From Myxococcota bacterium (GTDB taxonomy: Bacteria; Myxococcota; UBA4151), in NCBI GenBank assembly GCA_040260805.1, contig JBDQPD010000083.1, positions 1 through 15,449 on the forward strand: a stretch of 15,449 nucleotides of DNA, read 5' to 3'. Shown piece by piece: positions 14,365-15,449 of this stretch (positions within the stretch are counted from its first letter, which is position 1; every line of letters begins with the position of its first letter). The translations under genes and the position numbers were made by a program. The notes under the pieces were generated by a model. That model made no database searches and had not been told where the DNA came from. It was given only the letters and a program-made list of their open reading frames with translations.

Positions 14365-15447
14365 TTACCCGCGTATCTGCCCATCGCCGAGGACCTGAAA
14401 CTTGTACGTACAAAGCTCCGCCAGCCCCATCGGGCCCCGCGCATGCAACCGGTTCGTACTGATCCCGACCTCAGCTCCGAGTCCGAAGCAGCCGCCATCG
14501 GTAAAGCGCGTCGAGGCGTTGTGATAAACGGCGGCTGAATCCACCTCAGCCAAGTAGCGCCTAGCCGCAAAACCATCCTCGGCGATGATCGCATCGGAAT
14601 GGGCTGAGCTGTGGCGCTGGGTGAAGGCGATCGCCTCATCCAAATCATCCACCACCCGGATCGACAAGATCAGATCAAGGTATTCGGTGTCCCAGTCTTC
14701 ACTGCTCGCCGGCACGCCCGCCGGCAAATGCGGCAGCGCACGAGGGCAACCTCGAAGCTCGACGCCGCGAGCGGCGAGATCCGAAGCCAGGTCGGGTAAA
14801 AGGCGAGCTGCAACCGAATGATCGACCAACAGATTTTCAATCGCATTGCAGACACCCGGTCGCTGCGTTTTGGCGTTGAGTACGATCGCGCGCGCCATCT
14901 CTGACTTGGCTGAGTCATGAATATAGACGGAACACAGCCCCTTATCGTGCTTCACGACAGGGATTCTACTTTGAGCAATCACCGCACGAATCAGGCCAGG
15001 GCCTCCGCGAGGAACGACGAGCTGAATCCCCTCCTCATGGATTAACAGCTCACGAATGAAGCGCCTCTCCTGATTGGGAACCAGCTGCACCAGGTTAGGG
15101 TCCAAGCCTTCTTGTACCAGGCCCTGGCGCATCGCCTCGACCAAGGCTGCGCTGGTCCGTCGAGCCTCTTTTCCGCCGCGCAGAATCACTGCGTTTCCAC
15201 TTCGTAGACATAAACCGGCGGCATCGACGGTGACGTTCGGACGGCTCTCATAGATGACCGCAACCACGCCGATCGGAACGGCGACCTTGCGCAAGGTCAG
15301 CCCATCCTCGATTCGGCGCTCCTCTAAGATACGCCCGACAGGATCCGGCAGCTCGCCCACCGCTCTCAAGTCAGCGATGACCGACTCAAGACGGTCCTCA
15401 TCAAGCAACAAGCGGTCCATCAGCGCGGTCGATAGCCCGGATCGCTC
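14365..15447 (-). CDS. proA: Gamma-glutamyl phosphate reductase (5'-partial, runs off the window end)
   Basis: Motifs VPIGVVAVIYESRPNVT, SGNAVILRGGKEA, VPRGG, NAKTQRPGVCNAIE (catalytic Cys), NASTRFTDGG.FGLGAEVGIST..LHARGPMGL. The frame stays open to the window edge (ERSGLSTALMDRL). Confidence 0.97.
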   Translation of the reverse strand, partial: ERSGLSTALMDRLLLDEDRLESVIADLRAVGELPDPVGRILEERRIEDGLTLRKVAVPIGVVAVIYESRPNVTVDAAGLCLRSGNAVILRGGKEARRTSAALVEAMRQGLVQEGLDPNLVQLVPNQERRFIRELLIHEEGIQLVVPRGGPGLIRAVIAQSRIPVVKHDKGLCSVYIHDSAKSEMARAIVLNAKTQRPGVCNAIENLLVDHSVAARLLPDLASDLAARGVELRGCPRALPHLPAGVPASSEDWDTEYLDLILSIRVVDDLDEAIAFTQRHSSAHSDAIIAEDGFAARRYLAEVDSAAVYHNASTRFTDGGCFGLGAEVGISTNRLHARGPMGLAELCTYKFQVLGDGQIRG

Positions 15448-15449
15448 AC

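Noticed and set aside
1..15449. CRISPR array, tRNA/rRNA, IS/integrase, prophage or known anti-phage defence genes
   Set aside because: No regularly spaced repeats, RNA-gene signatures or matching protein motifs were seen; intergenic gaps are all under about 200 bp.

Overview
GC-rich bacterial chromosomal segment (core genes about 65% GC in spot counts). It is probably Myxococcota/deltaproteobacteria-like; this is an inference from Asp/Gly/Thr/Ser-linker lipoproteins, gene content and a Myxococcus-type LexA-like box. It has 16 densely packed CDS and no recognisable RNA gene, CRISPR array or mobile element. Left, accessory part: a partial ankyrin-repeat protein, an LpqC/PHB-depolymerase-type esterase lipoprotein, a ChaN-type lipoprotein, an unknown lipoprotein, a DUF2899-type metal transporter behind a good Fur-like box, a small membrane protein and a DUF805-SRPBCC protein. 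Right part: tlyA; a translationally coupled minus-strand operon (YfgM-like TPR, BamB-like propeller, pseudo-receiver, NUDIX-DEDDy exonuclease fusion); an RluA-type pseudouridine synthase; tatD; an orphan FtsA paralogue; and partial proA. The most intriguing signal is the FtsA paralogue. It lies outside the dcw cluster, has altered nucleotide motifs, appears to have lost the FtsZ-binding residues, sits behind a LexA-like box and is probably co-transcribed with tatD. This makes it a candidate DNA-damage division-control module (hypothesis only). All family calls come from motif recognition by eye; no database searches were run.
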